DNA of 64,000 bases, from assembly GCA_963667785.2 (NCBI GenBank), contig CAXXMU010000006.1:832001-896000 (forward strand), written 5' to 3'. Each line of letters begins with the position of its first letter. The stretch's first letter is position 1. Below are positions 19,861-30,292 of the stretch, in pieces. The position numbers and the translations under genes were made by a program. Below the pieces are notes generated by a model. The model ran no database searches and was not told the DNA's origin. It saw only the letters and a program-made list of their open reading frames with translations. This DNA comes from Alphaproteobacteria bacterium (GTDB lineage Bacteria; Pseudomonadota; Alphaproteobacteria; UBA828).

Positions 19861-20035
19861 GAGCGAGTCCGTCTCCGACGGACACGCGACAGGCCGCGAC
19901 TGCGGCCCGCCGCTTATGCGGCGCGCCCGCATCGTGCGCTCCGCGCGTGTGGACGCGCGACGGCGCCGGCCGCAGGCCGGCTGCCGTGAGCGACAAAGGG
20001 CTGGAGCGTATCCGTCTTATACGGGTGCGCTCTAG
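19857..20035. repeat. Intergenic mosaic palindromic repeat, copy 1 (TAG...CGCTCTAG ends), inverted relative to 52338..52487
   Basis: Shares ACGCGACAGGCCGCGACTGCGGCCCGCCGCTTA and AGGCCGGCTGCCGTGAGCGACAAAG with the reverse complement of 52338..52487. It carries terminal hairpins. Confidence 0.85.
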
Positions 20036-21147
20036 CCGACCCGGTAGTCGCGGATCACGTCCGGGTCGGGCTCGGCGCCGAGGCCGGGGCCGGTGGGGAT
20101 GCGGAAGAGGCCGTCCCGCTCGGGCGAGACGAAGCCCGGATAGAGTGTCGCCTCCAGGCGCGTGTAGAAGCGCTCGACCCAGCCCCCGCCGGGCCGGCCG
20201 GCAAGCGGCGTCGCCGCCAGCAGCTGCAGCGTGGCGAGCCAGCCGGGGCCGAAGTAGGGCGAGTGCGGCATCACCGTCACGTTGCAGCCCTCGGCCAGCG
20301 CGAGCACCTTGAGGAACTCGGTGACGCCGCCCACCTTGGTCACGCTCGGCTGCACGTAGCGCACCGCACCCGCCTCCAGCATGCGCCGGAACTCGAAGGC
20401 GGTGCACGCGTTCTCGCCGCAGGCGAGGTCGATCCCGGACTCCGCCTGCAGCCGCGCCAGCGCCGCATAGTCCTCCGGCGGGAAGATGGGCTCTTCCAGC
20501 CAGTGGAGGTCGTAAGCGCTGAGCCGGGCGGCCATGGCGCGCGCCTCGGCCGGCGTCCAGGGGCAGTTCGTGTCGGTGCACAGCGGCACGCCGGCCCCCG
20601 TCGCCTCGCGCGCCGCCGCGATCTCGGGCTCGCCCGTCTCGTGGAGCTTGATGGCGGGATAGCCTTCGTCGAGGGCCGCGCGCACGGTCTGCGCGACCAG
20701 CTCCCGGTCGCGGTACTTGAGCAGGCTGGCGTAGCCCGGAACGAGAGGCGGCGCGGCCGGCCCGCCGAGGAGCTGCGCGAGCGGCAGCCCCGCCCTCTTG
20801 CCCGCGAGATCCCAGAGCGCGATGTCGATGGCGGAGATGCCGAACATGGTGATGCCGTAGCGGCCGAAGAGATGCAGTGCCTGCTGCATCTCCCGGTTGA
20901 GCGCCGCGATGTCCGAGACGTCGCGCCCGATCAGGATGGGCGCCACCGTCGCATCGACGACCGCCTGCACCGCCGGCATGCAGTTGTAGCTGAAGGCCTC
21001 CCCCCAGCCGACGGCGCCGTCCCCGGTCTCGACGCGCACCAGCAGGATGTTGAGCGCCGCCCAGGCCTGCCCGCCCCAGGCCGGCGGCGGCCCGCCATGC
21101 TCGTGCGGGATGGCAAGCGGGATGGTGTCGATGCGGGCGATCTTCAT
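20032..21147 (-). CDS. Mandelate racemase / muconate lactonizing enzyme (enolase superfamily)
   Basis: GWGE, IDIALWDLAGK, KLH, D-x-N (DTN), WLEEP, GEN, PHS and PTGPGLG. Confidence 0.9.
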   Translation of the reverse strand: MKIARIDTIPLAIPHEHGGPPPAWGGQAWAALNILLVRVETGDGAVGWGEAFSYNCMPAVQAVVDATVAPILIGRDVSDIAALNREMQQALHLFGRYGITMFGISAIDIALWDLAGKRAGLPLAQLLGGPAAPPLVPGYASLLKYRDRELVAQTVRAALDEGYPAIKLHETGEPEIAAAREATGAGVPLCTDTNCPWTPAEARAMAARLSAYDLHWLEEPIFPPEDYAALARLQAESGIDLACGENACTAFEFRRMLEAGAVRYVQPSVTKVGGVTEFLKVLALAEGCNVTVMPHSPYFGPGWLATLQLLAATPLAGRPGGGWVERFYTRLEATLYPGFVSPERDGLFRIPTGPGLGAEPDPDVIRDYRVG

Positions 21148-21181
21148 GGCTCCCTTCCTGGCGTGAACTCCCGCATGCCGC

Positions 21182-21898
21182 TCAGGGGAGATCGCCGACC
21201 AGGTCGCGGATATGGCCGGGCGGTGGCGGCGGCAGCGCGATCCCGAAGCGGCGCTTGAGCGCATCGGCGATGAGCTCGAAGCAGGCGCCGTAGCGCACGA
21301 CCTCGAAGGTCTGCAGGTCGAGCAGGGTCGATGAGGCCCGGTAGAGATGATAGAGGCGGAGCCCGTGGTCGATGACGATGTCGGCGATGGCGATCAGCTC
21401 CGGCTCGATGTCTTCCGTGCGGAACTTCGTACCCGAGAGCGAGAGGTTCGCCGACGAGCCGAACAGCGGGTGCAGGGCCTCGCGGCTGAGCCGGGTGATC
21501 GCCGCGTGGAAGGGGCCGGCGTTGACCAGCATCAGCACTGTGCCGGCGCTGGTCGAGGCCGCGAGCGCCTCGGGCTCCATACCCCGCAGGATCGGGTGGT
21601 CCATGCGCGCCGGTGCGATCGCGCCGAGCGGCAGGTCGTAGTCCTCGATCAGGGTGCTGGCCACGTCCCACCCCTTCTGATCGAGGACGTGCAGCTCGCG
21701 ATGGAGCGCGAGATCGCCCAGCATCGCGTTCAGCTTGGAGGGCGCGCGTCGCTTGGTCTCGAAGATCGTCTTCAGCGCCGCGGCCGAGCCGCCGATCGCG
21801 GAATAGCCGACGCTCATGGGCAGGATGGCGATGCCGCCCTGCCGCAGGACGGCGAAGGCGCGCGCGGCGTCGCGCTCGACATCCGGCCTGCCCTTCAC
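21182..21898 (-). CDS. Divergent Sua5/YrdC-like fold protein
   Basis: LRQGGIAILP..VGY, IFETKRR, SSANLS, DIVIDHG and SSTLLDL resemble YrdC motifs. The GTG start at 21898 is uncertain. Confidence 0.65.
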   Translation of the reverse strand: MKGRPDVERDAARAFAVLRQGGIAILPMSVGYSAIGGSAAALKTIFETKRRAPSKLNAMLGDLALHRELHVLDQKGWDVASTLIEDYDLPLGAIAPARMDHPILRGMEPEALAASTSAGTVLMLVNAGPFHAAITRLSREALHPLFGSSANLSLSGTKFRTEDIEPELIAIADIVIDHGLRLYHLYRASSTLLDLQTFEVVRYGACFELIADALKRRFGIALPPPPPGHIRDLVGDLP

Positions 21899-21965
21899 GT
21901 CCGGCGCTCCCGTCCTCTGCGGGTCGCGTCCGTCGGGCGACGGCCCCGGGCCTGCGGGTGCCGCG

Positions 21966-24269
21966 TCAATCGGCCGCTGCCGCCCCTGCGCCCGCCCCCT
22001 CCACCGCCCGGGTCTGGGCCTCGACCGTGGCAAGCGCCGTCATGTTGAGGACGCCGCGGGTGGTGGCGGAGCCGTGGAGAACGTAGGCGGGCGCCGCGAG
22101 CCCGAGCAGGATGGGGCCGACGGAGATGCCGTCGGAGAGCACCTTGACCATGTTGTAGGCGATGTTGGCGGACGTCACGTCGGGCAGCACCAGCGTGTTC
22201 GCCTGGCCCGTGAGGCGGGAGTCCGGAAACATCTCCGCGCGCACGCTCTCGTCGAGCGCAGTGTCCGCGAGCATCTCGCCCTCGGCCTCGAGATGGGGCG
22301 CGCGCCGGTGCAGAAGCTGCAGCGCCTCGCGCATCTTCAGCGAGGAGGCGAAGTCGTTGCTGCCGAAATTGGAGCCCGACAGCAGCGCGATCTTCGGCGT
22401 CATGCCGAAGCGGCGTACCTGCTCGGCCGCCAGCACGGCGGTCTGGCAGACCTGCTCCGCGTCGGGGCTCTCCGCGACATCGGTATCGGCGATGAAGAAG
22501 ATGCCCTTGGAGAGGATCAGCACCTCCAGCGCTGCTGCCGAGGCAACGCCCTCCCTGAGGCCGATCACGTCGAGAATGTGCCGCAGCTCCGGCTGGAACA
22601 GCGTGGCGGGGCCGGCGATGAGCGCATCGGCATGGCCGCAGCGCACCATCATGGCGCCGATCGCCGTCGTGGCCGTGCGCAGGATCATGCGCGCCGTGTT
22701 CGGCGACGCGCCGCGCCGGCCCATCAGCTCGTGGTAGTTGCGCGCATAGGCGTCGTAGTGCTCGTAGCTGGCGGGGTCGATCACGTCCACGGTCTCGCCG
22801 ACCTTTAGCCTGAGCGAGAGCCGCTCGATCTTCTCCTCGATGCGGAACGGCCGGCCGATCAGGATCGGGCGGGCGATATCCTCGTCGATCGCCTGCTGCA
22901 CCGCGCGCAGCACGCCGTCGTTCTCGCCGGCCGCATAGACGACCCGCTTCGGCTCCCTCTTGGCCTGATCGAACACGACCTTCATCAGGTAGCCGGTGCG
23001 GAAGACGAGGCCCGAGAGCTGGTGACGGTACGCCTCAAGATCGGCGATCGGGCGGCTCGCCACGCCGCTCTCCATGGCGGCCTCAGCGACCGCGACCGGC
23101 ACGGTCGATATGAGCCGCGGATCGAAGGGCTTCGGAATGATGTAGGAAGGGCCGAACGCGAGCGACTGATCGCCATAGGCGGCGGCCACGACATCCGACG
23201 ATTCGGCCATGGCGAGGTCGGCGATCGCGCGCACGCAGGCGAGCTTCATCGCCGTGTTGATCTCGGTCGCCCCGCAATCGAGCGCGCCACGGAAGATGAA
23301 GGGGAAGCAGAGGACGTTGTTGACCTGGTTCGGATAGTCCGAGCGCCCGGTGGCGATGATCGCGTCCGGGCGCACGGCGAGCGCGTCCTCGGGCATGATC
23401 TCCGGCGTCGGGTTGGCGAGCGCCAGGATGATGGGCCGGGGCGCCATCTTGCTCACCATGGCAGGCGTCATCGTGCCGGGGCCGGAGAGGCCGAGAAAGA
23501 TGTCGGCGCCCTCGATCACCTCGTCCAGGGTGCTGGCGTCGGTGTCCAGCGCGTAGCGCCGCTTCTGCTCGTTGAGATCCTCGCGGGCGGTGCGCAGCAC
23601 CCCCTTCCTGTCGCACACCGCCATGCTGCCCTGCGGGATGCCGAGCGCCGCCAGCAGGTCGAGGCAGGCCATCGCCGCGGCGCCGGCGCCGGAGCAGACC
23701 AGCCGCACGTCCTGCATGCTCTTGCCCACGACCCGGAGCGCGTTGAGCGCCGCCGCGGCGACGCATATGGCGGTGCCGTGCTGATCGTCGTGAAAGACGG
23801 GGATGTTGAGGCGTTCCCGGAGGCGCCGCTCGACCTCGAAGCACTCCGGCGCCTTGATGTCCTCGAGATTGATCGCGCCGAACGTGGGCTCGAGACGGGC
23901 GATCGTCTCCACCAGCGCGTCGACGCCCGCTTCGTCGATCTCCAGGTCGAACACGTCGATGTTGGCGAACTTCTTGAAGAGGACGGCCTTGCCCTCCATC
24001 ACCGGCTTGGACGCGAGCGCGCCGATGGCGCCGAGACCGAGCACGGCGCTGCCGTTGCTGATGACCGCCACGAGGTTGGCCCGGGCGGTGTAGTCCCAGG
24101 CGCATGCCGCGTTCTTCTCGATCTCCTCGCACGCCGCCGCCACGCCGGGGCTGTAGGCGAGCGACAGGTCCCGCTGTGTCGCCATGCGCTTGGTCGCATG
24201 GATGCCGAGCTTCCCGGGCTTCGGCGAGCGGTGGTACTCGAGTGCCGCCTGACGCAGGTCTTCCGCCAT
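21966..24269 (-). CDS. maeB: NADP-dependent malic enzyme with C-terminal phosphotransacetylase-like domain
   Basis: [36 protein letters not shown] and [12 protein letters not shown], followed by a PTA-like domain. Confidence 0.95.
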   Translation of the reverse strand: MAEDLRQAALEYHRSPKPGKLGIHATKRMATQRDLSLAYSPGVAAACEEIEKNAACAWDYTARANLVAVISNGSAVLGLGAIGALASKPVMEGKAVLFKKFANIDVFDLEIDEAGVDALVETIARLEPTFGAINLEDIKAPECFEVERRLRERLNIPVFHDDQHGTAICVAAAALNALRVVGKSMQDVRLVCSGAGAAAMACLDLLAALGIPQGSMAVCDRKGVLRTAREDLNEQKRRYALDTDASTLDEVIEGADIFLGLSGPGTMTPAMVSKMAPRPIILALANPTPEIMPEDALAVRPDAIIATGRSDYPNQVNNVLCFPFIFRGALDCGATEINTAMKLACVRAIADLAMAESSDVVAAAYGDQSLAFGPSYIIPKPFDPRLISTVPVAVAEAAMESGVASRPIADLEAYRHQLSGLVFRTGYLMKVVFDQAKREPKRVVYAAGENDGVLRAVQQAIDEDIARPILIGRPFRIEEKIERLSLRLKVGETVDVIDPASYEHYDAYARNYHELMGRRGASPNTARMILRTATTAIGAMMVRCGHADALIAGPATLFQPELRHILDVIGLREGVASAAALEVLILSKGIFFIADTDVAESPDAEQVCQTAVLAAEQVRRFGMTPKIALLSGSNFGSNDFASSLKMREALQLLHRRAPHLEAEGEMLADTALDESVRAEMFPDSRLTGQANTLVLPDVTSANIAYNMVKVLSDGISVGPILLGLAAPAYVLHGSATTRGVLNMTALATVEAQTRAVEGAGAGAAAAD

Positions 24270-24518
24270 GACGTGTCCGCGCTCCCCGTTCGAGGTCCGT
24301 CGCGTGCGTCGACAGTGCAGCAATACCGCCCCGGCAGTCAACGCGACGGCGCTCTCAGGCGCTTGAGCGGGCGGGCTTTTCCGCAATGAACGCCGCGTTG
24401 CACCGGGCGCGGCCCTTGCACCGGCCCCCTGAAGATGGCGATACCGGGGGCATGACGACGAAAGGGACCGGCACGAGCGTCACGGCGGCAGGCACCGCCG
24501 GCTGATGGAGCGACACCG

Positions 24519-25739
24519 GTGATCGCGCAGGCCATAGCGCGCCGGCCGCCGGCGCTGATCGCGGTGATGTGCCTGGCCGAGGTCCTGGCGATGACCGGCT
24601 TCGCCACCTACTGGTCGCTGCTGCCGGTGCTGCAGCCCGAGTGGCACATGAGAAACGCCCTAGCCGGCTGGCTCTCGGGCGCGTTCTTCGGCGGCTACGT
24701 CCTCGCGGTCCCCTTCCTCACCGCGATGACCGACCGGGTCGATGCCCGCCATGTCGTCATCCTGGGCGCGCTGCTCTCCGCCGGAGGCCTGGCGGGGCTG
24801 GCATTCCTGGCGACGGACTTCTGGTCCGCCCTGCCGTGGCGCGTGATCGCCGGCGCCGGCCTCGCCGGCACCTACATGCCGGGCCTCAAGGTGCTCACCG
24901 ACCGCCTGCCGGAGGCGCGACAGGCGCGCGCGGTGGCCTTCTACACCGCCTCCTTCAGTATCGGCACCGCGGTCTCCTACGCGCTCGCGGGCGGCGCGCT
25001 GGCGTGGTTCGGATGGCGCGGCGCCTTTCTGCTGACCGCCGCCGGGCCCGTCCTCGCCGTCCTCGCGCTGGCGGCGCTGGCCGCCCCGAAGGAGCCGGAA
25101 GCGGCCGCCGAGGAGCGCAGGCACGTGCTCGATTTCCGCCCGGTGCTGCGCTCGCGCGAAACCATGGGCTACGTCCTCGCCTATGCCGGCCACGGGGCCG
25201 AGCTCTTCGCCATGCGCTCCTGGATCGTGCCGTTCCTCGTGTTCTGCCTGGGGAGCGGTGGCACGTTCGAGCTCGACGCCACGCTCTTCGCCACCGCGAT
25301 CTCGCTCGTCGCGGTGGTCTCCAGCATCGGCGGCGCGGAGCTCGCGCTCCGCATCGGCCGCGTGCGCCTGATCACCTGGGCGATGCTGACGACCTTTGCG
25401 ATCAGCGTCGCCGTGGGCTTCTCCTCGCCGCTTCCCTTCGCCGCGGTGGTGGTCCTGTGCCTGGTCTACTCCGCCGCGATCCAGGCGGATTCGGCGGCGC
25501 TCACCGCAGGCGCCGTCGCCGCGTCGCCGACGGGCCATCGCGGCGCGACGCTGGCGGTGCACTCGACACTCGGGTTCGGCGGCTCGCTGTTCGCGCCGGC
25601 GCTGGTGGGCGTGGTGCTCGATCTCGCCGCGCCGCTGGGGGGGATGACCGCGTGGGGACTCGCCTTCCTCGCCATGGGGTCGATGGCGCTGCTGGGCTAC
25701 GTCCTCTTCATGCTCGTGCGCCGGCGCCGGACGCGCTGA
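24519..25739 (+). CDS. MFS transporter
   Basis: About 12 hydrophobic segments and a motif A-like AMTDRVDAR. Confidence 0.85.
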   Translation: MIAQAIARRPPALIAVMCLAEVLAMTGFATYWSLLPVLQPEWHMRNALAGWLSGAFFGGYVLAVPFLTAMTDRVDARHVVILGALLSAGGLAGLAFLATDFWSALPWRVIAGAGLAGTYMPGLKVLTDRLPEARQARAVAFYTASFSIGTAVSYALAGGALAWFGWRGAFLLTAAGPVLAVLALAALAAPKEPEAAAEERRHVLDFRPVLRSRETMGYVLAYAGHGAELFAMRSWIVPFLVFCLGSGGTFELDATLFATAISLVAVVSSIGGAELALRIGRVRLITWAMLTTFAISVAVGFSSPLPFAAVVVLCLVYSAAIQADSAALTAGAVAASPTGHRGATLAVHSTLGFGGSLFAPALVGVVLDLAAPLGGMTAWGLAFLAMGSMALLGYVLFMLVRRRRTR

Positions 25740-25845
25740 TCGGCCCCGCAGCCGCAGGAATGCGAGACAGCATCCCCATTCCGTGCAGCAGCGCGTAGGA
25801 TGCGACCGTGAGTCGACGGCGCAGCCTCTCAGGAGACACCCGGCC

Positions 25846-27066
25846 GTGAGCGATACCCCATCGCCCGCCGGCGGAAGCGGCGCGCCCGCGCCGGCCCAGC
25901 CCGGCTTCTCGCGCGAGGAGTACGCGGCCCGGATCGCGAAGACCCGGCGCGCGATGGACGAGAGAGGGCTCGAGCTCCTCGTCGTCTCCGACCCCTCCAA
26001 CATGGCGTGGCTGACCGGCTACGACGGCTGGTCCTTCTACGTGCACCAGTGCGTGCTGCTGGCGCTGGACGGCGATCCGGTGTGGTTCGGGCGCGGCATG
26101 GACGCCAACGGGGCGAAGCGCACCGTGTTCATGGCGCCGGACGATATCGTCGCCTACGCCGACCACTACGTGATGTCCACCGAGCGCCACCCGATGGACT
26201 ATCTGAGCGAGGTCATCGCCGGGCGCGGCTGGGGTACTGCGCGGATCGGCGTCGAGATGGACAACTACTACTTCAGCGCCGCCGCGTACCGCTCGCTGGA
26301 GAGCCATCTCCCCGACGCGACGCTGCTCGACGCGACGGGCCTCGTGAACTGGCAGCGGCTGGTGAAGTCGGAGACCGAGATCGCCTACATGAGGAACGCC
26401 GCGCGCATCGTGGAGAAGATGCACGCACGCATCCTGGAGGTGATCGAGCCCGGCATGCGCAAGAACGAGCTGGTGGCGGAGATCTACCACGCGGCGATTA
26501 CCGGCGTGGAGGGCGCCGGCGGCGACTACCCCGCCATCGTGCCGATGCTGCCGACCGGCATCGACGCGTCCGCCGCGCATCTCACCTGGGACGACAGGCC
26601 GATGCGGGCGGGCGAGGCAACCTTCTTCGAGATCGCCGGCGTCTACAGGCGCTACCACTGCCCGCTCTGCCGCACGGTCTTCCTGGGCAGGCCGTCCGCC
26701 CGCGAGCGCGACGCCGAAGGCGCGCTGCTGGAGGCCATCGAGGCGGGGCTCGACGCCGCCCGGCCGGGAAACCTCTGCGAGGACATCCACCGCGCGTTCA
26801 CCGACTCGCTCGCCCGCCACGGCCTGACCAAGGAGAGCCGCTGCGGCTACTCCATCGGCCTCAGCTACCCGCCCGACTGGGGCGAGCGCACGCTGAGCAT
26901 CCGACCGGGAGACCGCACCCTGCTGCAGCCGAACATGACCATCCACTTCATGCCGGCGCTCTGGTTCGAGGACTGGGGCCTGGAGATCACCGAGAGCATC
27001 CGCATCACCGAATCGGGCGCGGAGACGCTGGCGAGCTGGCCGCGAGAGCTGCGGGCGAAGCCGTGA
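25846..27066 (+). CDS. doeA: Ectoine hydrolase (M24 family, DoeA/EutD)
   Basis: SDPSNMAWLTGYDGWSFYVHQ, AHLTW, RYHCPL.RT and GYSIGLSYPPDWGERT are characteristic of DoeA/EutD. Confidence 0.85.
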   Translation: MSDTPSPAGGSGAPAPAQPGFSREEYAARIAKTRRAMDERGLELLVVSDPSNMAWLTGYDGWSFYVHQCVLLALDGDPVWFGRGMDANGAKRTVFMAPDDIVAYADHYVMSTERHPMDYLSEVIAGRGWGTARIGVEMDNYYFSAAAYRSLESHLPDATLLDATGLVNWQRLVKSETEIAYMRNAARIVEKMHARILEVIEPGMRKNELVAEIYHAAITGVEGAGGDYPAIVPMLPTGIDASAAHLTWDDRPMRAGEATFFEIAGVYRRYHCPLCRTVFLGRPSARERDAEGALLEAIEAGLDAARPGNLCEDIHRAFTDSLARHGLTKESRCGYSIGLSYPPDWGERTLSIRPGDRTLLQPNMTIHFMPALWFEDWGLEITESIRITESGAETLASWPRELRAKP

Positions 27067-27093
27067 GCCGCACGGACGCGCGGCCGGGGCTGG

Positions 27094-27876
27094 TCAGGGC
27101 AGGGTGACCAGTCCGCCGGACGCCACGTAGGTCTGGCCGGTGATGAAACCGGCGGCGTCGCTGAGCAGGAAGTGGGTGAGCGCGGTGATGTCCTCCGGGG
27201 TGCCGGTCCGGCCCGCAGGCGTGCCGGCCACGATGCGTTGGCGCATCTCCTCGCTCATGTCGCGCGTCATGTCCGTGTCGACCAGCCCCGGCGCCACGCA
27301 GTTGACGCGGATCGCAGGCCCGAAGGCGACCGCGCAGTTGCGCGCGAAGCCGATGATGGCGGACTTCGACGTGCCGTAGGCGATCAGCCTGTCCGGTCGC
27401 ATCGTGGTGGGCGCGAGGCCGTTGATCGAGGAGATGCAGACGATGCGGCCGTCGCCGCCGGCCCGCATGCCCTCCTTGGCCCGCCACACGCAGTGAAAGG
27501 TGCCGTCCAGGTTCACCGACAGGATGCGGCGCCAGAGATCGACGGGCATGTCGACGTCGTCCTGGAACGACGCGATCCCGGCGTTGGTGACCAGGAGGTC
27601 GACGGAACCCCTCTCCGCCTCGATGCGCCGGAACATCGCGTCGGTCGCCGCGAAGGAGGAGACATCGGCGCGATAGACGCCGCCCTCGCCGCCGTCGGCC
27701 CTGATCTCGGCCAGCGTCTCCGCCGCCGCCTCGTCACTCGACGAGTGGTTGACCGCCACCCAGGCGCCGGCCTGCGCGAGCCGCCGGCAGATCGCGCGGC
27801 CGATGCCCCGCGAGCCGCCGGTCACCAGGGCGACGCGCCCAGAGAGGTCCTGTTCGGTCACGGCTGCCCCCGCCAT
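27094..27876 (-). CDS. SDR family oxidoreductase
   Basis: TGGSRGIG, NAG, YGTSK and PGLVDT. Confidence 0.9.
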   Translation of the reverse strand: MAGAAVTEQDLSGRVALVTGGSRGIGRAICRRLAQAGAWVAVNHSSSDEAAAETLAEIRADGGEGGVYRADVSSFAATDAMFRRIEAERGSVDLLVTNAGIASFQDDVDMPVDLWRRILSVNLDGTFHCVWRAKEGMRAGGDGRIVCISSINGLAPTTMRPDRLIAYGTSKSAIIGFARNCAVAFGPAIRVNCVAPGLVDTDMTRDMSEEMRQRIVAGTPAGRTGTPEDITALTHFLLSDAAGFITGQTYVASGGLVTLP

Positions 27877-27948
27877 GTCCCCTGCGGCGTGCCGCAGGGC
27901 CGCGGCGTCGGCGAGCCGCGCCCGCCGCCGCCGGTCGGACCGCCGGGC

Positions 27949-28593
27949 TCAGGCCGCCTCGGAGACCGTGAAGCCCTCGCCCACATGCGTGGCCTTCCAC
28001 CAGGGCGCCGTCTCGATCCCCTCCGTCATCCAGCGCGTGACGTTGGCGTGGTTCTCGAGCGGCAGCTTCGCCCAGGCGTGGAGGTGCATCGGCGCCGCCA
28101 CCGCCACGTCGGCGATGGTGGGCTGATCGCCGCAGAGGTAGGCACTGCCGCCCAGGCGCGCATCCATGATGCCCGCCAGCTTGTGGAAGTTGGGCGCCTC
28201 GCCGTCGAGCACCGACTGGTCCGTCTCCGCGCCCAGCAGCGGCTTGACGCAGTTCTCGACCAGATGGACGTAGCAGGTCTGGAACCAGCTCCCGCATTCC
28301 CAGAGCAGCCAGCGGTTCACGTCCGCCCTGGTCGCGAGGTCGGTCGGATAGGCGCTCGCGTTGCCCGCCTTGTCGGCGGCGTACTGCAGGATCGCGTTCG
28401 ATTCCCAGAGGACCAGATCGCCGTCGCGCAGCACCGGGATCGCGGCGTTCGGGTTGAGCGCCACGACGTCCGCGCCCTTCTGCTCGCCCGCGAAATAGTC
28501 GACCTTGGTCAGCGAGTAGTCCGCGCCGATGAGCTTGAGGCCGGCGAGGACCTTGCGACAGTTCACGGTGATCGGGTCGGCGATAATTTCCAT
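27949..28593 (-). CDS. Glutathione S-transferase family protein
   Basis: LNPNAAIPVL.DGD, LWESNAILQY and TIADV. GGGAG RBS. Confidence 0.9.
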   Translation of the reverse strand: MEIIADPITVNCRKVLAGLKLIGADYSLTKVDYFAGEQKGADVVALNPNAAIPVLRDGDLVLWESNAILQYAADKAGNASAYPTDLATRADVNRWLLWECGSWFQTCYVHLVENCVKPLLGAETDQSVLDGEAPNFHKLAGIMDARLGGSAYLCGDQPTIADVAVAAPMHLHAWAKLPLENHANVTRWMTEGIETAPWWKATHVGEGFTVSEAA

Positions 28594-28842
28594 CGATGTC
28601 TCCCTTGGCCCTGCCGGAGCGCCGGAGCGGCCGCGTCCGGGGCAGATGTGTGATCGTCCCGGTGCGGCACACATGGCGACCGGCACCAGCGATCGGTTCG
28701 GCGCAGAATGTAGTGCATCGCCGGGCGCTGCGCCAAGCGGGGGCCGGCGGCGCCTCCGGGGCCAGGCCCCTGTGCTAGCATGCCTGCCTCGGGCCCCTCG
28801 CCTTCGCCGAGCGAGCGCGACCAACCCCTATCGGAGCGACCC

Positions 28843-29280
28843 ATGGCGGACTTCCACGTGAGCGTCGGCGAGCAGGTCAGGTTCTCCAAGACCGTAGGCG
28901 AGAGCGACATCTACCTCTTCGCCGGCATCACCGGCGACCTGGCCGGCAACCACGTGAACGAGCAGTACATGTCGAAGTCGGCCTACGGCCACCGCATCGC
29001 GCACGGGGCCCTGCTGATCGGCTTCATGTCGACCACGTCGACCATGATGATCGCCCGCTGCGTCGAGCGCGGGATCGACGAGACCCCCGTCTCGCTCGGC
29101 TACAACCGTATCCGCTTCACCGGGCCGGTCTACATCAACGACACGGTCAGCGTGACCTACACGATCGCCGAGATCGACGAGGAGCGCCGGCGCGCACGCG
29201 CCGACATCGAGGTGGTGAACCAGCGGGGCGAGACCGTGGCCGTGGCGCAGCACGTCCTCAAGTGGGTGGCCGACGCGTAG
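28843..29280 (+). CDS. MaoC family (hot-dog fold) dehydratase
   Basis: FAGITGD...H, RIAHG and RFTGPV. Confidence 0.88.
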   Translation: MADFHVSVGEQVRFSKTVGESDIYLFAGITGDLAGNHVNEQYMSKSAYGHRIAHGALLIGFMSTTSTMMIARCVERGIDETPVSLGYNRIRFTGPVYINDTVSVTYTIAEIDEERRRARADIEVVNQRGETVAVAQHVLKWVADA

Positions 29281-29391
29281 CGACCGCCCGCCTCCCGCTC
29301 CCACGCGCGGGCCGGCAGCACCCGCAATGGCGCACTCGTAGTCCGGCGCAACTCGTCCGGCGCGTGGGCACACGACGCACGCCCGCGCGCC

Positions 29392-29805
29392 TCACGCCGT
29401 CGATCGGTCTCGCAGCATGTCGCGCAGCGTGCAGAGCTCGTCGAGGACGCGCACGGCACGCGCACGGCTCTCGGGATCGAGCGGGCTCCCCGCCCCGTTC
29501 CCCTCGGGCGCCGCATCTGCGCTGGCGGCACGCACGCTGCGCTCGCGCAGGAGCTTCTGCACGCCCTTCACGGTGTAGCCCTCGGCGCGGAGCAGGTGGT
29601 GGATGTGGCGGAGCAGCGACACGTCCTCCGGCCGGTAGTAGCGCCGGCCGCCGCCCCGCTTCAGCGGTTTGATCTGCGGGAACTTGGTCTCCCAGAAGCG
29701 CAGAACGTGCTGCGGCACTTCCAGCTCGTCGGAGACCTCGCCGATGGTGCGGAACGCATCCGGCGACTTGGGCGCGTCCGCGCGTTCGGGCTCGGCGCCC
29801 TGCAT
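29392..29805 (-). CDS. MerR family transcriptional regulator (ihfA-linked)
   Basis: [17 protein letters not shown] and GGRRYYRP. Conserved position after ihfA. Confidence 0.9.
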   Translation of the reverse strand: MQGAEPERADAPKSPDAFRTIGEVSDELEVPQHVLRFWETKFPQIKPLKRGGGRRYYRPEDVSLLRHIHHLLRAEGYTVKGVQKLLRERSVRAASADAAPEGNGAGSPLDPESRARAVRVLDELCTLRDMLRDRSTA

Positions 29806-29808
29806 CGT

Positions 29809-30177
29809 CTAGGAAGAGGCCGGCTCGTCGGGCCTGTCGCCCTCCGCCGCCGTCTCCGGCCCGTCACCTGGCCCGGCGGGCGCGAGCGAGCGGTTGATAC
29901 GGTCCTTGAGCACGTGGGACGCGCGGAACACAAGCACCCGACGAGGCAGGATGGGCACCTCCTCGCCGGTCTTGGGATTGCGGCCGATGCGCCTGCCCTT
30001 CAGCCGCGCGCTGAAGCTGCCGAACGAGGAGATCTTCACCGGCTCGCCGCGCGCGAGCGCGTCGGAGATCAGGCCGAGTACGGATTCGACCAGATCGGCG
30101 GAGTCCTTGCGTGACAGGCCGATTTCGCGAAAGACAGCCTCGGCGAGATCGGCGCGGGTGACCGTTCGCCCGGCCAT
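29809..30177 (-). CDS. ihfA: Integration host factor subunit alpha
   Basis: [16 protein letters not shown] and [14 protein letters not shown]. Confidence 0.95.
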   Translation of the reverse strand: MAGRTVTRADLAEAVFREIGLSRKDSADLVESVLGLISDALARGEPVKISSFGSFSARLKGRRIGRNPKTGEEVPILPRRVLVFRASHVLKDRINRSLAPAGPGDGPETAAEGDRPDEPASS

Positions 30178-30292
30178 TGTTCTCCCGCCTCCCCTATGGT
30201 GGAGACACGGTACTGCCTTGCGGCCACAGCGTCAACCGCGGCGCACCCGCCGGGCCGGCGGGCGGGCGCAATTGTCGGCCGCGTTCAGAGAG

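Noticed and set aside
29281-29391. tRNA-Pro often found after ihfA-merR
   Set aside because: No cloverleaf, T-loop GTTCRA or CCA end is visible.
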